Source: Callorhinchus milii (lineage: Eukaryota). Taken from it: a DNA stretch of 50,401 bases. Numbering within the stretch: the stretch's first letter is position 1; every line of letters begins with the position of its first letter. Shown here one piece after another: positions 34,176 through 47,280 of the stretch. The stretch spans positions 1 to 50,401 of the forward strand of contig NW_024705377.1 in assembly GCF_018977255.1 (NCBI RefSeq), written 5' to 3'. The translations under genes and the position numbers were made by a program. The notes beneath the pieces were generated by a model. That model was given only the letters and a program-made list of their open reading frames with translations, was not told the origin of the DNA and did no database searches.

Positions 34176-35389
34176 GGCATCTGAATTTCCAATTATCCGA
34201 GATCCAAAAGGAAGGGGATGTTTTTTTTGACGTGTTTGTTTAAACGTTAAAACACAAATTAAGCTTTCAATTTAGATACAAACACACATGTATCAGCACA
34301 TACACACACATAGCTATACAAAATACACACAATGACAAACAACAGAGACACAAAGAACAAAGATCCCCATTTAGCCTCATGGACCGTGGGGGCATTTGCC
34401 GCTAGCAATCACCAATTAAGGCAGTGCGGCGCACAAGGGGGTGGTGTGGTCAACCGCCACGCCTGGCCACCTTTATATCCCATTGCCGATGCTTAGCCAC
34501 CGCACCAGCTACTCATTGAGGGCAGAGTGGATTATAGGGGAAGGTCAAGACAGGTTCAGGTACCACTCGTCACTGATGTTAGCCGTAGATGGGAACAGAA
34601 CACAATGAATAATAGCGCAGAACGGGAACAACTGCACCACCACCACCACACCTCTACCCGCGTACGCTTACAAGCGTTTACACGTAAACAAAGGCAAAGA
34701 TCCCCCGTGTAGCCTACACATGCTACTGGGGTAGGTGCTGTTAGCGAGCACCTCTTTAGGCCGTCATGGGACATGAGAGGGTGGTGTGGCCAATACACAC
34801 GCACACGCGCACACACGCACGCACGCACACGCACACGCACGCACGCACACACATGCACGCGATGGCTGATGGCAGAGACGCGCGTCTCTGTGAGCGGTGG
34901 TGTTGGCAGATGGTAATTGTGTGAGATTTTTTGTGGAATCCCCAAAGAGACACAAAATTAAACCAGATCACAACGGCTTTACCCGAGCCGGCACTCACAC
35001 TCGCGTAAGCGCACAGTCATGCACTCACGTGTACATGCTCACTAAACTTGCCACACACACACATGCACTCATATGCAAACATGCTTATATGTTCACTAAA
35101 AAACAATTCTTACATACACTCTCTCATATACATGCATGCACACACACTTAATGCTCACGAAACACACTCGCACGCTCACAATTGTCGGTACTGATGCTTC
35201 CACACCCATAAATACACTAATTAAAGACAAAGACACTCAAAAACACGCACACGTCACAAAATACACACACGCATGTTACACACTCATTAAACACACTGAA
35301 CACTAACACACACTCAACCCACTTACGCGGTCACTTGACGTGTAAACACACAAACTTACACTTGTACGTTTACACACTCACTCAAACTC

Positions 35390-35690
35390 ACAAATACAAA
35401 GACCGCCGTATAGCCTTAACAGACTGTTGGGGCAAGTGCTGTTAGCGAGCACCTATAAAGGCCGGTACGGCACACGAAGGGGTGGGTGGCCAGCACCACG
35501 CCCGGCCGTCTTTGTCTCCCCAGTGGCGATGCTTACACAGCGCACCAGGTACTCAATTGAGTCTGAGTCGACCGAGGGGAGGCCCAGGACCGGTTCAAAT
35601 AATCATCACTGGTGTTGGCCGTGAGCGGGAATACGAACTCGGGTCGCCCGATTCATAGCGCAGCGACCCAATCGCTACACTACCACTCAC
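35390..35690 (-). mobile_element. tRNA-derived SINE, major family, full-length example (roughly 25 full or partial copies in the window, densest at 34300-41800 and 45800-50100)
   Basis: tRNA(Arg)-like head (..GCTACGAA..GTTCGATTC), central GTCGACTCAGCCTCAAATGAGTACCTGG..GGGGAGACAAAGGCGGCCGGGCGTGG domain, CTTTGTCTTTGT tail. Confidence 0.85.
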
Positions 35691-38116
35691 ACACTCGGGT
35701 GGTGTGGCCAAACTAAAACTCACCCACTCAAGTCAGAAGTGGGATACACTAACAACTACTCCACCAATGTTACACGTGCGTAGAGGTAATGATCCCCTGG
35801 CTGTCCATGCAGACTGTTGTTAGCAGGCACCTATTCAGGCAGGAACACTATATATGGCATGTAAATACTCAAAGAACCCTCACACACGAAGATAAAGACC
35901 CCCCGTATAGCCTTAAAGACTGCCACGGCAAGTGCTGTTAACAAGCACCTGTGAAGGCCGGCACGGCACACAGGTGGGCAGTGTAGCTAGCACCATGCCT
36001 GGCCGCCTTTGTCTCCCCGATGCTGATATTTGGCTGTGGCCATGAATCGAATCAAGCTCGGGGGGTTCGGATTCGTAGCCACGTGCGGAACCCACTATGT
36101 CCCAGCTTCCATCCAACACAAAGAACACACGCGCACAGGGCTGACACTGTCGCCCAAATCGACCCCATTCTGGATTCAAACTCGTCGGCGTCTCCCGCAG
36201 TGGTATTGTTAACGCAACGCAACAAATTTGCATTGAATAAATTTGCCAAAGCGCAACTGTTGAAGATCGATAGCAAACCAATCAATCATTCAATCAGTAA
36301 GAAACTCAATTAAAGAATTGATCGAGTTCATCCGTTGAGCGCGAGGAATACATTAAAAGGACAATGCATACATTTACGCACTCACAGCCACGCACTGCCA
36401 CGCACATGTGCACCGACAGACGCACGTACACGCGCGTGCAATTAACATCCGTTATCGAGGCCAGCCTGGCTTGGGGCTCAATGAACCCCAGGGTTAGAGG
36501 TCAAATCTCAAAACGAGGTCAAACAGCAGCTGTCTGTTGAGTCACACACGCACATTCATTCATACACATGCACACACGGGCATTTCCACGTACACGCATA
36601 CACACAGATGCAAACGAATACACACTTAAACACACACAATAATTCGTACATACACATGTATGTACACACGTACACATGCATTCTTACAGATGCGCACTTA
36701 CAGTAAATACACTTCCATAAAGTAAACACGGATTGATGCCACGCAGCTACACACGTCAGACACGCAGTCACAAGACAAAGGTCCCCTTATAGCCTTCATC
36801 GACTTGTGGGGCAAGTCCTGTTCGCAAGTAGCACCTATGAAGGCTGGTACGTCACGCGAAAAGGTGGGTGGCCAATCACATGCCCGACCGCCTTTGTCTC
36901 CCTCGCGGCGATGTTTACACACCGCACCAGGTACTCATTTGTGGCCGAGTCTACCTAAGGAGGCCCAGAACCCGTGCAGAGCAGGAATCAAACTCGGGTC
37001 ACCGGATTCGTAAAGTAGCCCGCTAACCGCTCGCACTACCACAGTCACAAAGACAAAGATCCCCCGTACAGCCAGAACAGACAGTCACACGCGCTGAAAC
37101 ACATGTATTAATATACACACAGACACAAGACGAGGTTTTCTACGTATCGACTTTGTCGACTGTTGGGGCAGGTGCTTTGAGTGAGCACCTATTAAGGCCG
37201 TAACGACGCACGAGGGGGTGCAGTGACCAACACCATGCCCGGCTGTCTTTGTGTCCCCGGTGTTGATGTTTACACAATACACCAGGCAGCTGCTACATGA
37301 GGCCGAGTTGGATTAAAAGAGGCCCAGGAACGTATTCTGATATAACGCGCCACTAATGTAAGTCATGGCCGGAAAATGAAAGCAGGTCGCCAGATTTGTA
37401 GCGCAGTGCGCTGACCACTACAACCACCGTTTGACCACACTCACACAGACATCTCTCCTTAGGTCTGGTCTGTTGGGGCAAATGCTTTTAGCAAACACCA
37501 ATTAATACATGAATCAATATCCTGCATTGTCAAGGGAGAAAACAGGTTATTATGAGCGTGTGTAAGTGTGTGTTCATTTGATGTCCTTTATTTAGCCGGC
37601 TCGCGAGCCTGGTGAGATTAGTTACGTCGCCGCTGTAGCGATGCATCAAACATGCAATGGCAACATTCGTTTGGAGGGGAGCGGTGGCGCAGTGGTTAGC
37701 GCATTGCACCATAAAAACCGTGAGAGTTCGACGCCTGGCCGCGGCTAACAACTGTGATGGGTCATATTTAAAACTGGCCCTGGGCCTCCCCTAGGTTGAC
37801 TCGGCCTTAATTAAGTACCTGGTGCGGTTTAACATCATCACTGGAGATAGAAATACGGTCAAGTGTTGAGCTGAGCGCAATGCCAGCCTGACAGCACTTG
37901 CCCAGCAGCGTATGTAGGTGATGCTGGGGATCTTTGTCTTTGTATATATGTGTGTGCGTGTGCATGAATATTTGTTTGTTGTGTGCGCGTGCCACACACT
38001 GCCCCCCGGGAGTTCACACAGCCTCCCCGTGGTCTCCCCAGAGAGAAGTGAAATGAAGCAGGGACTGGCTCTCAGTCAAAACATCCCAGTGCACATTCAT
38101 CCACACGTGCTCGTAC

Positions 38117-38420
38117 AAAGACAAAGATCCCCCGTGTAGCCTTTAATAGATTGTTGGGCCAAGTGCTGTTCGCGAATAGCACCTATGAACGCCGGAACGG
38201 CACACGAGGGGGGTGGAGTGGGAGCATCATGTCTGAGCACCTTTGTCTCCCCAGTGCTGATGTTTACACACCACACCAGGCACCTATTTAAGGCTGAGTT
38301 GAACTAGGGGAGGCTCAGGACCGGTTCAGATAATTGTCACTGGTGTTGGCCGTCAGTGGGAATCGAACTCGGTTCACCGGGTTCGTAGCGTAGCGCACTA
38401 AGCGCGTTGCCACTGCTCCC
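38117..38420 (-). mobile_element. tRNA-derived SINE, major family, full length
   Basis: Same consensus as 35390-35690. Confidence 0.85.
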
Positions 38421-40691
38421 CAGACACTCAAACCGCACGGACAACACACACTCGCACACTAATTCACACATTCATGGCAACATGCACACACGTATTCACA
38501 GATACACACGTACACTGACATATAAACGACCGCATGCAGGAAGAGATACAACACCTACACAATCACATGCATAACAAAGACTCACACATGCGTATGCATG
38601 CATGCACGTAATGGACACACAAAGACAAGATCCCCCGTATAACCTTGACAGACTGTAGGGGCAAGTGCTGTTAGCGAGCACCTATGAAGACTGGAACGGC
38701 AAATGAGGGGGTGGGTGGCCAGGACCACGCCTGACCACCTTTGTCTCCTCAGTGCTACTTTTAACACACCGCACCAGGTACTCATTGAGGCACAAACAAA
38801 GACAAAGATCCCCCTATAGTCTGAGCAGATTGTTGGAGCAAGTGATATTGGCGGGCACCTATGGACGCCGGCACGACACATGAACGGGTGGGGGGCCAGC
38901 ACCACGCCCGTCCGCCTTTGTCTCCCCAATGACGATGTTTACACATCGCACCAGGTAATCATGTGAGGCTGAGTCGACTTAGGGGAGGCTCAAAACCAAT
39001 TCAGATCATTGTTATTGGTGTTGGCCGTAAGCGAAAATCAAACTCGGATCCCTGGGTACGTTGCACAGCGCTCTCACCCCTGCACATAAATACATACAGA
39101 GACTACACACCCACACGGACACCTACAGCAACAAATGTACAACGCCAAAGATTCTTGCAATGGTCGTATATATGTGCACACCCAGACACAAATGCACGCG
39201 CACAAGTGATTATATCCACATGCACCCACACATGCTTGCACACAACACACAAACATGCATGCCCATGCATGCAAACACACACAGGCAACCCAAATGCAGG
39301 CATTTGCACACGAACAACACACAATACACAAACACATTCACATACGTATAAACAAAAAAACAACCACAAAAGCTGCCATTTGCCACTAAGTGGTGGTCAA
39401 ATTCCCTTGTGCCAGGCTAGGTGGACTTTGAGGCCACGGGAAATGTGGAAGGCGCGCAGGCAAGAGGTCACGTTAAAGGGTGACTGACTGAGACTACTGG
39501 CAGATAAACACAGACACACACGGGCACATGTGCAAACAATGCAGACATATGCGTGGATGTCACGTGCAGCCACACATAAACACAAACATGCGTGCGCGGA
39601 ACCCTTCAAAGACTCAACAGGTGCCAAGAGTTTCCCGTAAGCACTTCACTCAAGACTCCGGCAAATTCTCGGTTCGATCCCCGCAGGGAGGAAGAGGGGA
39701 TGAGGGCCCTCGGGTTCCCCTACAGGATCTTAGGCACATACTGTACACTCGCAAACAAAGACAAACATCCTCCCGTGCAGCCGAATGGAATGCTGGGGCA
39801 AGACCTGTTAGCGAGCGCCTATGAAGGCCGGCACAATACACAAGAGGGTGAGAGATTTGGCCGACCTTCCATCTCCCCAACGCTGATGCTTTGCACAATG
39901 CAAAAGACACTCACTTTAGACAAGAGTTGACCGAGGGGAGCCCAGTGCTGCCACTCCCCATACCCTGAGTGTAGTTTGGACAGTGAGTACTCATTTGGTG
40001 CTGAGGCAAACCCTAGGTGAGGGGGCCTTGTCCAAGACCCAGTCGGTGGTGCTTAGAGTTGAGTCACTCACAATGCACGCAATCTCACAAAATCTTGGAA
40101 GCTAGGCAGGACGGCACTTAGTAGTTGTCTGGAATGCCAGATGTTGTTGGTTTGAGCTGTGAGGTAGCCAGGAAATGCAAATATGAACGGTGAATCGTTG
40201 AATCTATCCGCGCAGAGCTAGGAGTGTTATCCCCCTCGTATATGTGGAGTATTTCTCCGGACACTCTGGTTTCCTCCCACACGAAGCCAAACGCTCATTC
40301 GTGGCACCAACCAAGCATCCCAATGCAGGACCCTCCTGAGAACCAGTTCTGAAACTCAGCAAGGTTTCCTCATTACATAAATGGCACAATGTATTCATCA
40401 TAACCACAGACCTCGATCAAATCTCCCAGATGAGCCTAATCTGATCAGATTTCTCACCCTAACCAGCTAAGTAGCAGGGTAGAGCCGACAGACTCTGCGG
40501 GGCAAAGTGGTGGAGAGCAGACAGCCGGCTACCCTAATCTGCGCTAACCAGCACGGCCAAACCACCACTACCCCCGCCATATAACCCGCACGGAATTTGG
40601 CAGGCCCTCATCCAGCACGTGCGTGTACGTTCCTTGTGATCGTTATCACTTCACGCGGAGACGATGATGTAGGGGTGACCCAGTCTCGCAC

Positions 40692-40908
40692 CTTGTCGGT
40701 GGCGCGGACAGTGAACGTCTCCGTCGAGACGTCGGCTCGAGCGAGCGGCTCACGCACAGTGCTCCGCTCCGAGTCCCCACGGAGAGCCAGGGGGACGCGG
40801 CGGGGGCATCCGACGAGGCGACACGGGGACAACGGCCGAGGCGCCGGCTGGCTCCAGCGAGTAGCGGACTTCTCCGAACTCACCGCCGTCACCATCCAGT
40901 GCCACCAC
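40692..40908 (-). CDS. Cadherin exon, most 5' one visible (two -1 frameshifts)
   Basis: CAG|VVALDGDGGEFGEVRYSLEP../..SPWLSVGTRSGALCVSRSL/RADVSTETFTVRATDK|GTGCGA; joins GGL of the next exon to give ATDKGGL. Confidence 0.78.
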
Positions 40909-40939
40909 CTGCACCGGCAAGGCAAGGAACGGCGACAAG

Positions 40940-41175
40940 CGTCATCATCGGCAACAGCATCATGACCATCAGCAGTTGTAGCAGCAGCAGCATCTTCATA
41001 ATCAGTTTCGGCGTAATGATTATTGTCATCATTGGTTTAAGCATCGTCATCATGGTAAGCAACCTTTTGATCAGCATCATCATCAAGATCAGCATCTTCA
41101 TTAGCACCATCGCAATCATGAGCGATATCATCATCAGTAGCAGCAGCAGTATCACAATTACTATGGACATCAACT
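40940..41175. repeat. Degenerate (CAT/CAG)n trinucleotide tract
   Basis: Visible repeat that produces spurious I/S/M-rich ORFs. Confidence 0.8.
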
Positions 41176-41300
41176 CATCCTCCTCTACTGTGCCTAGAGC
41201 CTGGAACTCATTTCCACGAAAAATCCATGCTGATGACTCCTTGCCCCTCTTCCAGTCCAGGCTCATGAACTTCCTTGTTCTCCTCTGCCTATCACTGGTT
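41176..41300 (+). mobile_element. L2/CR1-type LINE ORF2 3' fragment
   Basis: PRAWNSFPRKIHADDSLPLFQSRLMNFL resembles the conserved PxLWNxLP..SL..FKxxLK end. Confidence 0.6.
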
Positions 41301-41491
41301 GCCTATTTCTCCCGATACAATATACATGACGGCTCTTCCTGTACAGCCTCTTGGGACGCAGTTGCATTTCCACACGGTATACAAATTATACATTGTATAC
41401 GCACAGGACACTCTCAAAAACGGCACACACACAATTTCTGGCACTCATATACACATTATACACTAAACACATGTACACACACTATACATGA

Positions 41492-41775
41492 AAGACAAAT
41501 ATCCTCCGTACAGCCTTCAACAAACTGTTGGGGAAAGTGCTGTTTAACGAGCACCTATGAAGGCCGGCACGGCGTACAAGGGTCGCCAACACCACGCCCG
41601 CCCACCTTTGTCTCCCCAGTGCTGATATTTACACACTGTACCGGTACTCATTTTAAGGCTGAGTTGACCTAGGGGAGGCCAGGACTGGTTCAAATATTCA
41701 CCGTAGTTATTGGAACAACACTCGGGTCGCCGGGTTTGGAGCGCAGTGGCTCAAACCACTGCACCACCACTCCGC
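41492..41775 (-). mobile_element. tRNA-derived SINE, major family, full length
   Basis: Same consensus as 35390-35690. Confidence 0.8.
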
Positions 41776-42079
41776 TTACATTAATCACACAGCCACATAC
41801 ACACTTGACACACCATACACACTGAACACACACTATACACCAAGCACTCACACATACACTATACACTTAACATATATATACTACACACTTTACACAGATA
41901 CATTACACACTTAACACACATTATACAGTAAAACACACGCACACTCGCCACATACCAACACACGCGCGCTCATTTCCGATCCAGTGTTGGCATGGAAATT
42001 CCACAAAAAATGACACACATCACCATGTAAACTACTCACACACCTCATATCCCCCCACACATCATTCTATGCTCACACC

Positions 42080-42620
42080 TCAATACCGCACGGTGTAGGT
42101 CATGAGGTCATCACGACCAATGCCGCCACAACTCTCCATCGCTCCCTTCCTTATGCCAGATTTCTCAGAAGCTGAGCAGTCAACGACCAGTCTCCAAGCC
42201 CATCTGGCTCTAGGTCTTCTCACTGTGGCAAAGTTGACAGGGGGCCCTCCAAGGACCGCCCTTACAGTCCCATTATCGCTGACCTCCGGGTACCACTCCA
42301 ACGCCTGTCTCGGTAACCTGCCCTCCTCCACCTGCACACGTGCTCCCGCCCATCACAACCTCCTCTCCCTGATCACATATATAGAGCGGCTAATATCCCC
42401 ATTCTGTTCCAAACCTATAAGTTTCTAACCCTATCCTTCTCCATCTTGCACACGTGTTCCACCCATCACATGCTCCTCTTACTGATTACATCCGCAGCAC
42501 TTTCGATGCACGTTCTGTTCAGAACCCCTAAGTCGTTTACCCTATCCTGGCATGAAATTCCTGGCATCCTCCACATGCTCCTGTTTCTCAAAGGCCAGAA
42601 GCTTCTTTTCTCGTTGCTTT
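42080..42620 (-). mobile_element. RTE-like LINE 3' fragment, degenerate
   Basis: EKKLLAFE..WRMPGISCQDRV and EEGRLPRQALEWYP motifs. Confidence 0.6.
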
Positions 42621-42759
42621 GATAGAGTCCAGCCCCCTGACCCGGTGCACCGACACGGACATTACTCCTGCCTCAAACACCCGTCTCCTCACGTGAAAGT
42701 TGACCTCTCCACGCTCGCGCAGTGGTTTATGCGATCAACGTTACACCTCCTCGCCCACA

Positions 42760-43960
42760 CCTCACCCTTCACCAAAACTGAAACTTTAACACCACACCTC
42801 ACCCAAACATCACACATCAACACCACAGCCTCACGCGTCACCTAATCTAACATCTCAACACCACAACCAACTCAAAGTTCACACCTAAACACCACAACTC
42901 ACTCAAAACTCACCCTAAGCACCAAACCTCACTCAAAACTCACCGTCAACACACCTGACCCTTCACCAAAACTGACACTTCAACACCACACCTCATCCAA
43001 ACCTCACACATCAACACCACCCACTCACGCTTCACCTAACCTAACACCTCAACACAACACTTCATTCAAAACTCACCCTCAACATCACAGCTCAATCAAA
43101 CTCACCCTCAACATCACAACTCATTAAAAAACTGAACCTTCAACATCACAACTCACTTAAAACTCACACATCAACATCACAACTCACTCCTCAATACCAC
43201 ACCTCACCCAAAGAAGTCCCACCACACATACTGCTGGTAAAACTCAAAGTTCTGTAAATATTCAAGAACGTCTGGGCAATTCCTTCCATATCCAGTATTT
43301 TTGCAAGATAGGTCAACAACCCACTTGCTCTCCCACCATCAACTCAAAACCCCACACTTTGGGAGTCTTACAAAGACGTCACTACCACACGCCCCACGAA
43401 CACCACCGCACACCAACATCTCTCAAAGGACCACACAGCACCTCACTGCTACACATATCCCTCACCACTACACCTTCCTCCCACCCACACCACCACCAGA
43501 TTTACATTGCTCACACCACCACAACACCCAACTCACGACACCCCTACAGATCTCACACCACTACCACGTCAGGAACCGCCACACCACACACCACCTCACA
43601 TGCGCCTCACCTCACACCACCACCACCTCACTACCAAACATCTATGCAACTCACACCACCACATTCCTCTCAACTCATACCATCACTACCACCTTATTAC
43701 CAAGCATATATGTAATTCACACCACCACCACCCCCATATTCTTTCCACCTCATGCCACCACTACCACCTCACTATCAAACATCTATGAAACTCACACAAT
43801 CACCACCACATTCCTCTCACCTCATGCCACTACCACCACCAACTCACTCCCAAACATCTACGTAACTCACACCACCACCACCACCACACATCCACATTCC
43901 TCTCCCACCTCATGCCACCACCACCACCACCCCCCCTGCTCCCACCCCCCTTCACTCCCT
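42760..43960. repeat. C/A-rich degenerate minisatellite and low-complexity region
   Basis: ~29-bp CACAACTCACTCAAAACTCACCCTCAACA units, then ~60-bp ACCACC-rich units. Confidence 0.75.
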
Positions 43961-44502
43961 CCCCCACACAAACGTGAGCGAAGGATCACTCACGTAGAGC
44001 TGAGTGAAATGAGGTCCCATGTAGAGTTTATTGTTTTAGGGAGGAATCTTTAGACGGACACAGACACACACGGGGAGTCACGGGTAATCATGGGTAGATG
44101 CGCTACAACATACGTGGACACACGCGGAGTCACAGAGAGTCACAGGGAGATACATGGAGAAATGTAGAGAAATAGAGAGATACAGGAGGCACTAGGAGAC
44201 ATGGAGAGATATACCGAGACACGGGAGACACATTGAGAAATTTGGAGACGAGGCACGAGGAGACGTGGGGGTGAGTCGTAGAGCAGACGGGAGAGAGAGA
44301 TTGCGGGAGATGAAAGAGGGGAGATGAGAATCGGGGAGAGAGCGGAGTGTGAGTGGAGAGAGAGTGAGGTGACGAGGGTGTGAATTCAGAAGGAAGAGGC
44401 TGTGAGGGAGGGTTGCCACATTTTCCACAGACTATAAACCTGGACACGTTTCTCAGTCCACATACGTCTATGATCAAAAATGGTGCAGTTACAGAATACT
44501 TC

Positions 44503-44684
44503 TAGATTTGAAGTTTTCGTGACTGCAAGGATCCATACTCGTTGGTTCTTTCGGAAAGTACGTAGGTGAAAATCATAATAAAATAAAAAGTGAAAAAACA
44601 ACCAAATTAAATCAAAATTAAATTTGGTTGTTTTTTCACTTTTTTATTTTATTAATATTTTCACCTACGTGACATTACCGAAGT
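44503..44684. mobile_element. Inverted (head-to-head) pair of Penelope tails forming a near-perfect palindrome; another tail at 45073-45105
   Basis: ACGTAGGTGAAAAT..AAAAAGTGAAAAAACAACCAAATT pairs with AATTTGGTTGTTTTTTCACTTTTT..ATTTTCACCTACGT. Confidence 0.8.
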
Positions 44685-45823
44685 TACAGTATACTGCTAT
44701 GTGAAATGTAATACAATACCGGTACCAGTTCTTGGTACAAATCAATGTCTGCGACCCTAACATAGATGCCAATTTCCGGACTATCCTGGCCAACCCAGAC
44801 AGGTGGCAACCCTCTTGTTGTGTTAGGAGGGGATATTGTGAGGGGAGAGTTTAAGGAGAGAGTGGTATGAGGGAAAGTGTTATGGGATCGGGTGATGGAT
44901 GCTGAGAGTAGAGAGAGATGGAGAGTGTAAGGGGTGAGCGAGGGAAGAGAGTGAGTGAGTGGACAGTGATGGAAGGATTATTTTATTAATTGATTATTTT
45001 ATTAATCCATGATGGATGGATTATTTCTTTTATTTCTATTATTACTTTAGTAATTTTTTATTAAATTTTTTACCTACGTGACTTTACCGGAAAAAACATA
45101 AGAGTAGTGATGGAAGGGTGTGAGGGAGAGGTGATGGGAGAGTGAATGAGGGAAGAGATGGTGATGGGTGAGAGTGTGGAGAGAGTGTGAGTGTGAGGAG
45201 TGTGAGAGGTTATTAATAGAAGAGTGGTGGCAGAGAGTGAGGGGAGAGTGAGGAGTGAGTGACGGTGTGAGGAAAGAGGATGATAGGATATTGATGGGAG
45301 CGTGTGAGGGGGGAGAGAGAGGGCATAGAGTGAGGGGAGTGTGAGGAATAGTGTGAGTTAGTGTGAGGGACAAGGGTGAGAGGATATTGGTGGGAGAGTG
45401 TGAGAGGGAGCTAGAGTGAGAGGAAAGGGAGAATGCAAGGGGAGAGAGTGTGGAGGAGAGAGTGTGTGAGTCTGTCTCGTCAGATAAACGCACTCGCTGC
45501 GTGATCTGATCGCTGTGAATGCGAATGTGTCGCTGTGCGTCACTGACTGCACGCGTGTTTGTGTGTAACTGTGTGTGTAATTGTGGCACAAGCGTCGTGG
45601 TCAACGTCACCGCCACTTAGTGGCGAATGGCGGTTGTTGGTTGTGTAATTGTGTTTGTGTCTGTGATTGTGTGTGTGATTGTGCATTCACGCATGTGCAT
45701 CCCATTGACTGACTGTGTGCAGGTTGAGAGTGCCCGCGGAGCTGTGTGCATTGCACGTGTGCGTGTGTGTGTGTGATGTGGTGCGTGTGTGTGATGTGTA
45801 GTGTGTGTGATGCTCGCTTTGTA

Positions 45824-46373
45824 GGGAGCGGTGGCGCAGCGGTTAGCACGCTGCGCTACGAACCCAGCCACCCGGGTTCGATACCCACACACGGCCAACA
45901 CCAGTGACTATTATCTGAACCGGTCCTGGCCTCCTCTAGGTCGACTCAGCCTCAAATGAGTACCTGGTGCGGTATGTAAACATCGCCACTGGGGAGACAA
46001 AGGCGGTCGAGTGTGGTGTTGGCCACCCGCCCACCTCGTTTTCCGTTCCGGCTTCATAGGTGCTCGCGAACAGCACTTGCCCCAACAGTCTGTTAAGATT
46101 TAACACAAATCTGGCTGTCGCCTGATGAAGCTGGTTGTAATTACTGGCGAAACGTCGTGCTCAGATTGTAAATGTTGTGGCTTGGCTCTCCAAACACCGG
46201 TGTGCTGTACTAGTGACGAATTGGCCACGTTCTGTTTACGTGACAACCCTTACTAGTTGGCTGTGTCGAGTGGTGGCGGGTTTAACAACACATTTATATA
46301 TTTATGTGATCTAACCCAAAAACCTCTTATGTTATGAAAGTCTGTTAAGACTATACGGGGATCTTTGTCTTTG
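45824..46373 (+). mobile_element. tRNA-derived SINE, major family, interrupted by a hammerhead-containing insertion
   Basis: Head TGGCGCAGCGG / GGTTCGATACC; SINE consensus resumes after 46350. Confidence 0.88.
46099..46338 (+). mobile_element. 240-bp non-coding retroinsertion with a minimal hammerhead ribozyme (second Penelope-derived family)
   Basis: Perfect 12-bp TSD AGTCTGTTAAGA (46087-46098, 46339-46350); CTGATGA-A-GCTGGT/ACTGGC-GAAACGTC at 46122-46156. Confidence 0.85.
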
Positions 46374-46799
46374 TAAAGGTGCGCGTTTATGCAAACGTCA
46401 GTGTGCGTATATTTTTGAGTGTTTGTGTGCCGTTCCCTGACTATACAAGGAAACACGTGTCTTGTGTTTGCAGGGGCTCATAACTGTGATGTTGATGACT
46501 ATGATGGCAAGGATGATTATAAAGTAAGAATGCTGCTGCTGATGATGCCGCTGTTGCTGGTACTGACGGTGTTGGCCTTGCTGCTGCTGCTTCTGATGTT
46601 GCAGCTGCTGCTGATGCTACGACCGTGCTTAACACAAATCTCATTCCTGTTTCGGCATTCGTTTTCAGACAAAGAAGGATTCTTTTAACCCACCGAGGTT
46701 TTTTTTTTTGCGATATTTTTTTTTCAAAAGAAATTCGCTAAAAATTCCCAGCCTTTGCCGGAGTCAAGTTTCATAGTCAGACGAACAGAGAATTAATCA

Positions 46800-47280
46800 T
46801 GCGCGCACACACACATGTACACACATATACATACGATCATTACACACACACATATCTGTGCACAGACGTGCATACCTACACGTGAGCACACATACACACA
46901 GATGTACACATACATACGGTCACACACACATCTGAACACAAGACGTGTATACCTACACGTGGGCACATACACATGTACACAGCACGACACACACATCTGT
47001 ACACAGAAGAGCTTACATACACGTGGGCATATACAAACACACATGTACACATACATAAGTCACTACACACACACATCTGAACACAAGACGTGCATCCTAC
47101 ACGTGGCACACACACATGTACACATACATAAGTCACTACACACACACGATATCTGAACACAAGACGTGCATACCTACACGTGGGCACACACGCACACACA
47201 TGTACACATACATAAGTCACTACACACACACATCTGCACACAAGACGTGCATACCTACACGTGGGCACACACACGCACCA
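46800..47280. repeat. Minisatellite, ~70-75-bp unit
   Basis: Repeated CACACATGTACACATACATAAGTCACTACACACACACATCTGAACACAAGACGTGCATACCTACACGTGGG. Confidence 0.85.

Noticed and set aside
39630..39725. GC-rich stretch as an extra cadherin exon
   Set aside because: No cadherin motif, and the flanking exons already join correctly (ATDK|GGL)
43301..44053. 250-aa H/T/P-rich ORF
   Set aside because: Translation of ACC/CAC-rich low-complexity DNA; no domain or splice support
45824..45897. tRNA-like sequences (also ~30620, ~37680, ~49770)
   Set aside because: SINE heads continuing into the SINE body; no intact cloverleaf
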